From Promethearchaeota archaeon (GTDB taxonomy: Archaea; Asgardarchaeota; Lokiarchaeia; Sigyniarchaeales; SOKP01), in the NCBI GenBank assembly GCA_016840165.1, contig JAEOSU010000008.1:1-14642 (forward strand): a stretch of DNA of 14,642 nt, given 5' to 3'. The translations under genes and the position numbers were made by a program. Shown here piece by piece: positions 1-8,460 of the stretch (positions are counted from its first letter, which is position 1; each line of letters opens with the position of its first letter). The notes under the pieces were generated by a model. That model saw nothing but the letters and a program-made list of their open reading frames with translations, had not been told where the DNA came from and ran no database searches.

Positions 1-743
1 CAGGTACTATTTGGCAATTTTTTATGCATCTCTTCCATATTAACTCGAGCAGTTATTCTATCGTGAGAAGCAGCTATAAGAAGCGTGGGGTTTTTGACTT
101 GGGGGAGCCGATCCATAGTGTTATGAGTTTTGAGTGCTTCTGCTTGATTTATAATGTCTTGGGGGGTAGGAGGATCTTTAGCAAGCATTTGAATATAATC
201 TTCTGCAGACCAAATTCCAAAGTACTTCTTTTTGGGATCTTTTTCCATTTCTCGCCTATATGTTGCATAAAAGTTGACTCGGGCAGTTTCCCAGAAAGCT
301 TTTTCCGCTCCAAGTTCCAGTTCGTGCAATCGCATTTTTTTGTAAATCTCAGGTCCCTCTTCAGTGGGATAGCCTGTTACGGTGCAAATTAAGACCAGTT
401 TGTCTACTCTTTCAGAATATTTCAAAACAAAGTTTTGAGCGATCATTCCCCCAAGACTCCAACCCATTACATGAGCCTTTTCAATGTTAAGGTAATCCAT
501 CATGTTTTTAGTATCATCTGCAAAGATTTCAATATGGTTTCCAGACGGACGATCACTTTTTCCGGCACCTCTATTATCAAACCTTATAATTTTAAAATCA
601 TGAGAAAGATCGTCTACTTGGGCCATCCACACTTCTTTTTTTACTCCAAACCCATGGATCAAAAGTACAGGGTAGCCATCTTCTTTTCCAAGGATTTCAT
701 AGCAGAACTTCACATCACCAATTTGAGCATAATTTTCAGTCAT
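1..743 (-). CDS. Alpha/beta-fold hydrolase (C-terminus runs off the left edge)
   Basis: Manual translation from ATG at 743: MTENYAQIGDVKFCYEILGKEDGYPVLLIHGFG...RFDNRGAGKSDRP...AHVMGWSLGGMIA...PTLLIAASHDRIT. Contains the HG oxyanion motif, the GxSxG nucleophile elbow and the likely catalytic Asp. The frame is open to base 1. Not in the supplied ORF track. Confidence 0.93.
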   Translation of the reverse strand, partial: MTENYAQIGDVKFCYEILGKEDGYPVLLIHGFGVKKEVWMAQVDDLSHDFKIIRFDNRGAGKSDRPSGNHIEIFADDTKNMMDYLNIEKAHVMGWSLGGMIAQNFVLKYSERVDKLVLICTVTGYPTEEGPEIYKKMRLHELELGAEKAFWETARVNFYATYRREMEKDPKKKYFGIWSAEDYIQMLAKDPPTPQDIINQAEALKTHNTMDRLPQVKNPTLLIAASHDRITARVNMEEMHKKLPNST

Positions 744-825
744 AATAATTATTTCGATCTCACATTTTATATAGCTTTTTTTCCTACTCAAATTGTAAGA
801 AAATGTATATAATTAATTGAGAAAA

Positions 826-1323
826 ATGGAAAGAATCGCAATCTTTATTGACAATAGTAATATCTTCAAGGGCTTTCAGAAATATGGCGTCCAGGTTGAC
901 TATGAGAAGTTAAAGAATCTCATATCCCGAGGACGAAGCCTGGAAGGTATATATTTATATGAGGGAGTAGTATATCCTATAAGTCCAGCAAAAGCGAATT
1001 GGTATAAAGAGTTGAGTAATCGAAGTGGATACGAAATTAAAGCTACTTTCGATAAAATTATTTCAAAAGGAGCTATAGAAAAAAAAGTGGATATTCATAT
1101 GGCTATAGAGATTATATCACTGGGTTATGAAAATATATATGATACCGCTGTTTTGGTATCAGGAGACGGAGATTTTGTACCAGTGGTAAAAAAATTGTTA
1201 GATATGGATAAAATGGTTGAAATCTGGGCTTTTAAGTATTCCCTGGCTAATGCATTAATAGAAAAGGTTGGATCAGAAAATATTTATTATATTGATGATA
1301 TATTGAACGAAATTAAACTTTAG
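826..1323 (+). CDS. NYN (LabA/DUF88, PIN-like fold) domain protein
   Basis: Motifs IFIDNSNI, EKKVDIHMA and LVSGDGDFVP carry the conserved acidic residues of NYN domains. ATG at 826 preferred over TTG at 817. Confidence 0.9.
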   Translation: MERIAIFIDNSNIFKGFQKYGVQVDYEKLKNLISRGRSLEGIYLYEGVVYPISPAKANWYKELSNRSGYEIKATFDKIISKGAIEKKVDIHMAIEIISLGYENIYDTAVLVSGDGDFVPVVKKLLDMDKMVEIWAFKYSLANALIEKVGSENIYYIDDILNEIKL

Positions 1324-1335
1324 GAATGTGAAATT

Positions 1336-1953
1336 TTGATTCTTGGTATAGTAAATTTTAGCTCTCTATTACTTTCATACCTATTTTTCAGTTATCTATA
1401 TGTACTTAGTATCCAGCCTGTAAAAAGGGAAGTAAAATATGGTGAGAAGGTATGGAGCAATTGTAAGAAACTTCGAGTTATGGGAAGCTTTTTTGAATTT
1501 ATTGCTATAATTAACTTGGTGCTTTGGATATGGTTTCCATTACCTGTAGTAGATACTTGGATAATAAGTCTGAACGTCTGGGTTGGAATTATAATAGCTA
1601 TTATAATTGCTATTCCATGTTGCATTATTATGTTTTTAGGATTAAAAGCAGCTGGATCTGAAAGCCTAAGTCCATCAAAAGAAACTGAGATGTATGGAGG
1701 GATTTATCGCTATATTCGACATCCTCAAACACTAGGAGAGTTCCCTCTCTTTGTTGCTATTAGTTTTGCGGTGAATTCATGGTTTTTAGTGATAATCTCG
1801 TCGCTATATATCATGATTTATGTGCCGATTATGATCTATTTTGAAGAAAAAGATCTTCTTATGAGATTTGGAAATTCTTATCAGGTATATCGCGAATCAG
1901 TAGGTGTTTTATTCCCCAAAATTAGAAATAAGAAAAGAGATAGAATTAATTAA
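1336..1953 (+). CDS. Isoprenylcysteine carboxyl methyltransferase / PEMT-family membrane methyltransferase
   Basis: Several hydrophobic segments plus GGIYRYIRHPQTLG and EEKDLLMRFGNSYQVY, matching the G-Y-x-x-x-R-H-P and EE-x-x-L-x-x-x-FG-x-x-Y family signatures. TTG start is uncertain. Confidence 0.85.
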   Translation: MILGIVNFSSLLLSYLFFSYLYVLSIQPVKREVKYGEKVWSNCKKLRVMGSFFEFIAIINLVLWIWFPLPVVDTWIISLNVWVGIIIAIIIAIPCCIIMFLGLKAAGSESLSPSKETEMYGGIYRYIRHPQTLGEFPLFVAISFAVNSWFLVIISSLYIMIYVPIMIYFEEKDLLMRFGNSYQVYRESVGVLFPKIRNKKRDRIN

Positions 1954-2040
1954 TTGTTTAAAAATCTTTATTACTAATTAGGGCACATATAAATGCATAG
2001 TTAAAATTTGAAATTATACTACCTATCAAAGATTGAATAA

Positions 2041-3720
2041 ATGGACCAAGAATACGATATTATAGTAATTGGTGCAGGATTTGGTGGACCTGTAGCAGCA
2101 AAAATATGTGCAGATGCCGGATTAAAGACATTAATGCTCGAAAGATCGAAAAATGTAGGAGATAAAGTGATTTCAGGATTAACAATTCCATTTTATGGGT
2201 TTGTGTTTGGACCTGAGTTTATTCGAGATGGCAATCCTCCATTTGAGCGACCCTCTGATGGGATTATCAACTATATTATTAAAGATATCGAAAAGGGAGA
2301 TATAGAAGTCGACAACTCATTAAAAGTGCCTAAACCACTATCTCCAATAATTGCTTTTGGATATAATGCCTATTGCAAACCATTCTGTGAGTGGGAAGTA
2401 AAGAAAGCACTTGAGGTAGGGGTTATTTTGAAAAAATCTACTACTGCTATAGACGTAATCAAGGAAGATGACATCGTCAAGGGAATCATAACAGACAAAG
2501 GAGAAAGCTTATATAGCAAAATTGTCATTGATGCAGAAGGATCAAAAGGGTTATTAGCTATAAAAGCAGGGATACGTGAAAAATATCCTCCTGAAACTAT
2601 CTCTTTAGCTGATACGTATGATTATTCCATGCCAAAAGAAAAAATAGATGAAATATTTGGTTATTCAGTGAAGATGTGTTGGGGTTGGGATGAACAGAAG
2701 ATTGCTCCCCCGCTTGGTCACGGAAACGGGCTTATGGTCTGGCCTTACCGAAATTCACTCCATTTCATGCAAGATCAGTGTTTGCGATTAGATGGAAGTC
2801 AAGTCCCAAATTTGAAAAAACTTTTCAAAATCTATCATCACAACATTACCCATAATTTGCCTTGGTGGAAACATTTAGTAGAGCCTAATGCAGAATTACG
2901 AGCGAGAATGTGGGCTGGGTTTGAGATCTATGTTGGACTCAATAAGAGTTTACGAGCGATGCCAAATCATACTGATGGAATGATATTAATAGGGGATGCT
3001 GCCGGTTTAGAAAGTACTGAATTATGTGATGGTGTCCCAGCAGCCTGGTTTTCAGCTGAAATCGCAGCTAAAGTAGCAATCGAAGCAATTAAAGCTAATG
3101 ATGTTTCGAAAGAGTTTTTATCAAAATATGACCGGCTTATAAAAGCACATCCCATAATTCAATGGTCAATCTCGGGCAGAAATCGGTTTGATTTACGAAT
3201 AGCTCAAGAGGAGCACGATCTTAAAAAACTAAAGAAATATATTCATAATGGTTGGGGGCTTGGAGCATTAACCCATTTCATGAATCCGTTCTTACAGACA
3301 TTTCTTTCTTACATAAACGATGATCAATTCATATTATCAAAGTGGATAAGGATGTTTTTTCGGTATTATCAGAATTGGCTATATGAAAGCTATGATTATT
3401 CTGAGAAACAAAAATATAAGAATTTGTCCTCTAAAAGACTCCAAAAAATGGAGAGGAGATTTCAATATTTTCTTGGATTAACAGATAAACTTATCCAATC
3501 GCTCTATAAAAGAAAGAAGATACTTTCATTGGTATTAATACCTTTATCATATTCTATAAATAAACTCATGAGGAGAGTTCTTCCGATTATTGAACCGATA
3601 TATTCATTAATTTTACGATTGCTACAACCTAAATTATCTAAGTTAGGTGATAAGGTAGTCAATTTTGTTAGATATGCGAACCCGATAATTTTCAAAAACA
3701 CATGTGGAGGGAAATCCTGA
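2041..3720 (+). CDS. FAD-dependent oxidoreductase, FixC/geranylgeranyl-reductase superfamily, with long C-terminal extension
   Basis: N-terminal YDIIVIGAGFGG dinucleotide-binding motif, LERSKNVGDKVISG (FixC-like), IDAEG and ILIGDAAG motifs. The stop overlaps the ferredoxin start (TGATG). Confidence 0.85.
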   Translation: MDQEYDIIVIGAGFGGPVAAKICADAGLKTLMLERSKNVGDKVISGLTIPFYGFVFGPEFIRDGNPPFERPSDGIINYIIKDIEKGDIEVDNSLKVPKPLSPIIAFGYNAYCKPFCEWEVKKALEVGVILKKSTTAIDVIKEDDIVKGIITDKGESLYSKIVIDAEGSKGLLAIKAGIREKYPPETISLADTYDYSMPKEKIDEIFGYSVKMCWGWDEQKIAPPLGHGNGLMVWPYRNSLHFMQDQCLRLDGSQVPNLKKLFKIYHHNITHNLPWWKHLVEPNAELRARMWAGFEIYVGLNKSLRAMPNHTDGMILIGDAAGLESTELCDGVPAAWFSAEIAAKVAIEAIKANDVSKEFLSKYDRLIKAHPIIQWSISGRNRFDLRIAQEEHDLKKLKKYIHNGWGLGALTHFMNPFLQTFLSYINDDQFILSKWIRMFFRYYQNWLYESYDYSEKQKYKNLSSKRLQKMERRFQYFLGLTDKLIQSLYKRKKILSLVLIPLSYSINKLMRRVLPIIEPIYSLILRLLQPKLSKLGDKVVNFVRYANPIIFKNTCGGKS

Positions 3721-3989
3721 TGGTAAAAACATTTAAAGAATTCCCGGGAGTGGAATGGGTTGAGGGAGCAGGAGATTTTATTAAGATTGACGAAGAGAAA
3801 TGCATCGGGTGTATGAATTGTGTGAAAGTATGTCTTGCTGGTTGTTTTGAGATGGTCGAAAAAAAAGCTAAGATTAAGAGTCTGGAAAAATGTATGGAGT
3901 GTGCATCTTGCTGGTATGTCTGTCAAGAAGGTGCTATTAATTTTTCTTGGCCTTTGGGTGGAACAGGCTTCAAGAGTGACTGGGGATAG
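3720..3989 (+). CDS. 2x[4Fe-4S] ferredoxin, FixX-like
   Basis: Two CxxCxxCxxxC motifs (CIGCMNCVKVC, CMECASCWYVC) and a FixX-like C-terminus WPLGGTGFKSDWG. ATG at 3720 overlaps the upstream TGA, with GGAGGG at 3706-3711 as a likely ribosome-binding site. Confidence 0.9.
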   Translation: MVKTFKEFPGVEWVEGAGDFIKIDEEKCIGCMNCVKVCLAGCFEMVEKKAKIKSLEKCMECASCWYVCQEGAINFSWPLGGTGFKSDWG

Positions 3990-4052
3990 AATAATGCGTG
4001 GTTGTGCTTTATTTGCTATAAAAATATAAATTCAAAGTTACTATAATTTGTT

Positions 4053-5483
4053 ATGAATATCAAGAACTATTTCTTAGATAAGCTAAAAACATATCTCTTA
4101 TTGTTTATTGCATTGAATTTATTGATGATGAATTTCACTTTAATTATTAACCAACAAAATGATCCAAATTTTATTACTTCTATTAATGATCTTGATTCTT
4201 CCGTATATCTTAAAACAGCTTCCCAACAAGCGGACATAAATATAATTTGGAATAAGACTTATGGTGGAGAATTTATCGATACTGCTCAGTCCATAACTCC
4301 TAGTAGTCTCGGAGGATATGCAATATCTGGATGGACAAATAGTTCAGGAGCGGGCGATTTAGATATTTGGCTTCTTAGAATTGACAATGATGGAAATCAT
4401 TTATGGAATAAAACGCTTGGTACTGTTGAAGAGGACAAGGGATTTGAAATTATAAACTGTAGCGCGGGAGGTTTCGCCGTAGCAGCTATAGTGAGAAATA
4501 TGACCCATATTCACTCCAATAATGAAGTATCAGTAATTAGGATAGCTGACAATGGTAATATTATATTCCATAATAATTATAGTGGTCCAGATCAGAACAG
4601 TACATCGGCTAAAGATGACAGGGGATATTCGATAGTTGAATGTCCGAATGGAGATTTTGTTATTGCGGGAGTGACCGGGACAAATGTGGGGGCCTCAGAT
4701 GTCTATTTGTTGTGTATAGGTCCAAACGGTTTGGTTAAATGGGAACGAACTTTTCATCATTGGGATAATGAACGATGTTTTAGTCCTCATTCTTTAGTGT
4801 TGTGTAGTGATAATGGGTTTGCTATTGCGGGATATTCATATAGTGCCGCATTATCCAACGATGTGTGGTTGATTCGTACTAATCACCTTGGTATAGCTTT
4901 ATGGAATAAGACCTATGGAGTATCTTCCGGTTATGAGCGCCCTGAATCACTTGTCCAATGTGATGATGGGGGATTTGGAATTATGGCAAATACGCAGAGT
5001 TTTGGTGCCGGAGGCACAGATGGATGGTTCATACGAACCGATGCAATGGGAAATCAAATTTGGAATCAAACTTATGGGGGCACCGAAGAGGATGGTTGTA
5101 CCAAAGCGGTAATGATGTCCGATGGGGGATTTATCTTAATGGGATCTACACACAGTTTCGATATTGGGGGTGGAGATGCATGGATTATTCGAATTGACTC
5201 CGATGGAGAAGTGCTCTGGGAAGAAACAATTGGAGACCCCTATGGTAATGGCATTGCATCCTTCTTGTATTTAGGTAATAATACATATGTTGCAGCGGGA
5301 TCCACTTATTCTGTAGGCTCAATGTATCAAGATCTTTGGGTATTTAAGTTTCAGGTAAGTGTTGATGAATCGATATCACCATCGAATGGGATTCCTGGAG
5401 CTCAGATGTGGTTATACTTCGGAATAATTCTCTTTTCTGTTGTTATCTTGCTATTTAGATATAGAAAAGTAATCAGATTATAA
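4053..5483 (+). CDS. Secreted/membrane-anchored repeat protein (probable 7-bladed beta-propeller) with IPG-TM-basic C-terminal tail
   Basis: N-terminal hydrophobic segment, seven ~50-aa repeats starting WNKTYGG, WNKTLGT, FHNNYSG, WERTFHH, WNKTYGV, WNQTYGG and WEETIGD, many N-x-S/T sequons, and C-terminus GIPGAQMWLYFGIILFSVVILLFRYRK. Confidence 0.8.
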   Translation: MNIKNYFLDKLKTYLLLFIALNLLMMNFTLIINQQNDPNFITSINDLDSSVYLKTASQQADINIIWNKTYGGEFIDTAQSITPSSLGGYAISGWTNSSGAGDLDIWLLRIDNDGNHLWNKTLGTVEEDKGFEIINCSAGGFAVAAIVRNMTHIHSNNEVSVIRIADNGNIIFHNNYSGPDQNSTSAKDDRGYSIVECPNGDFVIAGVTGTNVGASDVYLLCIGPNGLVKWERTFHHWDNERCFSPHSLVLCSDNGFAIAGYSYSAALSNDVWLIRTNHLGIALWNKTYGVSSGYERPESLVQCDDGGFGIMANTQSFGAGGTDGWFIRTDAMGNQIWNQTYGGTEEDGCTKAVMMSDGGFILMGSTHSFDIGGGDAWIIRIDSDGEVLWEETIGDPYGNGIASFLYLGNNTYVAAGSTYSVGSMYQDLWVFKFQVSVDESISPSNGIPGAQMWLYFGIILFSVVILLFRYRKVIRL

Positions 5484-5536
5484 TTTTCTAATGATTTTCT
5501 TTTTCTAAAAATGAAAAAAAGGGAATAATTAATTTT
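5484..5536. terminator. Probable bidirectional oligo-T terminator region between convergent genes
   Basis: T-tracts on the + strand just after the 5483 stop and A-tracts (T on the - strand) downstream of the 5537 stop. Confidence 0.4.
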
Positions 5537-5734
5537 TTATTTTTCTAATTTTTTAATTAAAACTCCAATTAGAAATATGATTCCTAATAAGAGGATTATT
5601 AGGGAGTATGGAATAACTTCTAATAAGCCTTCTAAGAGCCCAATTTGAATTGTCCCGAGGATTCCAAGAGAAAAGAATACAAATCCAAACAGAAGGGCAA
5701 TTTGTCTGTAAGATATTTTCCAATTATCATCCAT
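5537..5734 (-). CDS. Small two-TM membrane protein, hypothetical
   Basis: Two hydrophobic helices and a basic tail. ATG at 5734 is preceded by TGAGGA. An alternative GTG at 5749 overlaps the PAP2 stop. Confidence 0.7.
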   Translation of the reverse strand: MDDNWKISYRQIALLFGFVFFSLGILGTIQIGLLEGLLEVIPYSLIILLLGIIFLIGVLIKKLEK

Positions 5735-5745
5735 ATTTTTAATCC

Positions 5746-6699
5746 TCACCAGTTTAATTTTTTAAATATTGAAGGCCAAATAACGATAGCTACAAGGAGA
5801 GTTACTATATTAAGAATTGCATTCATCCAATACACGTCAGTATCTATTATTAAATAAATTACCAGATAAACTACTGCAAATAAAATGATCCCGAGTAAAA
5901 TCCGAATAACGACCTTCCATGTGGTGTCATAGTTAGCGTTTGCATCAAAATTTATATATTTCTCCTCAATAGCTAATCCGAGGCCTAAACCAATTAACTG
6001 TCCTCCAGGTCCTCCAAGATTATATTCAATATTAAGAAAAGTCTCACTTAAGATCATAACGATAAGCCCGAGAATTGCCAATCCCAAATATATATAAGTA
6101 CTATTATGAGTACTGACAAAATTATTGATTGGCTCTTCAAATATTAAAACAAATGATAAAATTATGATTCCAAAGAGCCATCCTATTAGAATATCTCCAA
6201 ACCAATGTACTCCAAGATACATCCTCGATAAACCTACAAGAATAATAATAACGAGAGAGACAATCCACAGTAAAATATTTCTGTTTTTTAACGCAAGATA
6301 GCCCCAGACCACTGATGAGCTCTGCGCATGCCCACTGGGAGTGCTCAGATGAGATGCGCTTATTAAAATCCAGTTTGATTCTGGAGGTCGAGTTCTGTTA
6401 ATTATGCTCTTTCCATAATAATTAACAAAATTTGAAGCCATATACACAAATAGGAGTTTTTTTGCTAGACTCTTATTAATTCCCCAGTAGATAGTAAAAA
6501 TTAGACTGAAATAAATCAAAGTCCCACCGAACTCTGTTATAAAGCGGAAAAAATACTCCGCATTTGGTAAAAGGGTTCGTAATGTGTCATTCCAGATAAA
6601 ATCGAAAAGAATTGGTAAAATAAGTGCTACAGCAATATAAATTACACAGACTAAAACTAAGAATAATAAGATTAAATTCACAGTTGTCTTCTTATCCAT
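5746..6699 (-). CDS. PAP2-family membrane phosphatase (lipid-phosphate phosphatase-like)
   Basis: All three PAP2 motifs present: KSIINRTRP, PSGH and SRMYLGVHWFGD. Multiple TM segments. ATG at 6699 preferred over GTG at 6708. Confidence 0.93.
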   Translation of the reverse strand: MDKKTTVNLILLFLVLVCVIYIAVALILPILFDFIWNDTLRTLLPNAEYFFRFITEFGGTLIYFSLIFTIYWGINKSLAKKLLFVYMASNFVNYYGKSIINRTRPPESNWILISASHLSTPSGHAQSSSVVWGYLALKNRNILLWIVSLVIIILVGLSRMYLGVHWFGDILIGWLFGIIILSFVLIFEEPINNFVSTHNSTYIYLGLAILGLIVMILSETFLNIEYNLGGPGGQLIGLGLGLAIEEKYINFDANANYDTTWKVVIRILLGIILFAVVYLVIYLIIDTDVYWMNAILNIVTLLVAIVIWPSIFKKLNW

Positions 6700-6826
6700 A
6701 AAAATCACTAAAAAATTTAGGTATTCAATTTGTAATAGAATAATTTTTAATTATTTCTAATAGTGATTGACATTTAAATCTATAAGAATCAGAATCAAAC
6801 ATTTTTGATAATTAGGTCTATCTTCT

Positions 6827-7339
6827 TTAAAATCGTACAATAATATCTCCAGAACATTTTTCTTGGGAATTTAATAGGCAGATATCAATTTTAGGCTGGA
6901 TTGTATACTCAATCCCTAACGCATCTAACCAGCACCCAATACGATAGATCACCCCACATTCGTATTGTTTGTGAAATCCAATCATTTTCATGCCATTGTA
7001 GGCAAAACAGCTATTCATCTCCCAATGGATCCGATTATCGTCAAGAAAGGTATATTCAAAATCCATAAAGTCCCCTTTTATCACACTAAAAGCGTTGTTA
7101 ACAAAATCTTTTAATTGATCAAATGTTTTTATTTCGAGCTTTTCTTGTCCTAGTGCTTTTTTCACTCTTTGCATCTCAATTACTGAGAGATTTTTAATAG
7201 CTGCTTTATTTAATTTGTTAGCGCTATCAATCCCTAATTCACGGGCACAATTATAAAACCAAGAGCCATCGTGAGTCATCCAACATTTTACAAGAAATTC
7301 CTTCAAATTCCTCTTATCAAGCTGATCAAATAAGGTCAT
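6827..7339 (-). CDS. DUF6125-like protein (probable V4R-like fold)
   Basis: KCWMTHDGSWF resembles the W-x-x-H-D-G-x-W-F motif I recall for DUF6125. Cys pattern SCFAY...YECG...C-x7-C near the C-terminus. Family call is from memory. Confidence 0.65.
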   Translation of the reverse strand: MTLFDQLDKRNLKEFLVKCWMTHDGSWFYNCARELGIDSANKLNKAAIKNLSVIEMQRVKKALGQEKLEIKTFDQLKDFVNNAFSVIKGDFMDFEYTFLDDNRIHWEMNSCFAYNGMKMIGFHKQYECGVIYRIGCWLDALGIEYTIQPKIDICLLNSQEKCSGDIIVRF

Positions 7340-7362
7340 AATTACAATTCACGTTGAAAAAT

Positions 7363-7857
7363 TTAATCTAAATATAGTGTTTGAATAAGCGATTTAAGTT
7401 CCTCTCGATTATTATAGTAATATAAATCTTCTCCGAGAATAAAAAATGGTTTTAATAAACCCCCCTTTTTAAGCATATGAGTCATATCCATACCTTTTAA
7501 AACAAAAATTTTAGTTTTTTTATAGAATTTAGGAAAGGATACAATAATTCCCATCTCTATCATCTGTCCGCCCTTATCGTGCTCTAATACCATAATAATT
7601 TCATCAGAAAATTTAGCGATTAAATCAAATTTCAATATAAGATTCTCACTATGCGTCCGTCGAAACTCTTTTTCAAAGAAACCAAGGGTGTTCTTCCTAT
7701 TATTCAAAATTTCCTTTATTTCGACTAGTACGGGAAAATTTTTCTCATTATATGAGCCACAGATGAACACTTTATACTTTAGAAGATCATAAATTGAAAA
7801 GACGTCAGTAAATTCCTCTAAGAATTCTTCCCATGTTTCGTTATGTGAATGTTCCAC
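7363..7857 (-). CDS. Hypothetical protein, nucleoside 2-deoxyribosyltransferase (NDT)-like fold suspected
   Basis: KVFICGSY first strand and SDEIIMVLEHDKGGQMIEMG resemble the NDT pattern D-x-hhh...G-x-x-x-E-x-G. GTG start. The fold is inferred. Confidence 0.55.
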   Translation of the reverse strand: MEHSHNETWEEFLEEFTDVFSIYDLLKYKVFICGSYNEKNFPVLVEIKEILNNRKNTLGFFEKEFRRTHSENLILKFDLIAKFSDEIIMVLEHDKGGQMIEMGIIVSFPKFYKKTKIFVLKGMDMTHMLKKGGLLKPFFILGEDLYYYNNREELKSLIQTLYLD

Positions 7858-7927
7858 TTTTAGCCCACTATATTGTAATTAGGTTAGAAATTCATTCATA
7901 TCATAAATTATTATATATCAACTTAAA

Positions 7928-7951
7928 TTGACTCAATTCCAATTGAGTTAA
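7928..7951. promoter_or_regulatory. Inverted-repeat operator between divergent TATA-like boxes
   Basis: ttgACTCAATT-cc-AATTGAGTtaa: perfect 8-bp arms at 7931-7938 and 7941-7948, 10/11 matches when extended, 2-bp spacer. Flanked by TATATAA on the - strand (7911-7917) and TATAAATA on the + strand (7953-7960). Confidence 0.65.
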
Positions 7952-8024
7952 ATATAAATAGGAAAATTTATTTCTTGTTTATAGAGAAGAAAGTGATAAT
8001 TATAAACTGGTAGGGTGAGTAAAT

Positions 8025-8366
8025 TTGGCATCAACTGGAAAATTTGAGAAATTGAGAAAAGATTTAGAAATCATTTCAGAAAAAACGCGTTATAAAATTC
8101 TATTGACGTTACTAGCAAGTGGGGAGAAATTGTCGTTTAACCAACTTAAAGAATTACTTCCTTCAGTTCCCGATAATAACCTGAATTACCATCTTTCTGT
8201 CTTGAAGGAAAAGAATTTTGTTAAAAATGAAAAAAGAACAGATTATAAGCGTTCAGAACCTCGCTCTTTCTACTCATTAAGTAAACATGCAATTGATATA
8301 TTGGACAATCTAGGTTTAAAAGCTGTCAAGGAAGAATTTCGCGCATTATTTGAACAGATGACCTAA
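8025..8366 (+). CDS. ArsR-like winged-helix transcriptional regulator
   Basis: TRYKILLTL...LSFNQLKELL...NNLNYHLSVLKEKNFV...FYSLS follows the ArsR/HxlR winged-HTH pattern. TTG start with GGGTGAG at 8013-8019. Confidence 0.85.
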   Translation: MASTGKFEKLRKDLEIISEKTRYKILLTLLASGEKLSFNQLKELLPSVPDNNLNYHLSVLKEKNFVKNEKRTDYKRSEPRSFYSLSKHAIDILDNLGLKAVKEEFRALFEQMT

Positions 8367-8407
8367 AAAGATTGGAATATCCTTTTGTTAGTAATAACAA
8401 TATTAAG

Positions 8408-8447
8408 AAAAAAAAAGCATTTAATGAATTCTAAAATTAATTTTAGA
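8408..8447 (-). terminator. Putative terminator of the Lys-rich peptide gene: 18-bp palindrome followed by T9 on the - strand
   Basis: Perfect palindrome TCTAAAATTAATTTTAGA at 8430-8447 and an A9 run at 8408-8416, downstream of the 8461 stop. Confidence 0.5.
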
Positions 8448-8460
8448 GAGTTGATTTATA

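Noticed and set aside
24-812. + strand ORFs 24..392 and 435..812 from the track
   Set aside because: Antisense shadows of the - strand alpha/beta hydrolase (743 to <1), which has clear catalytic motifs.
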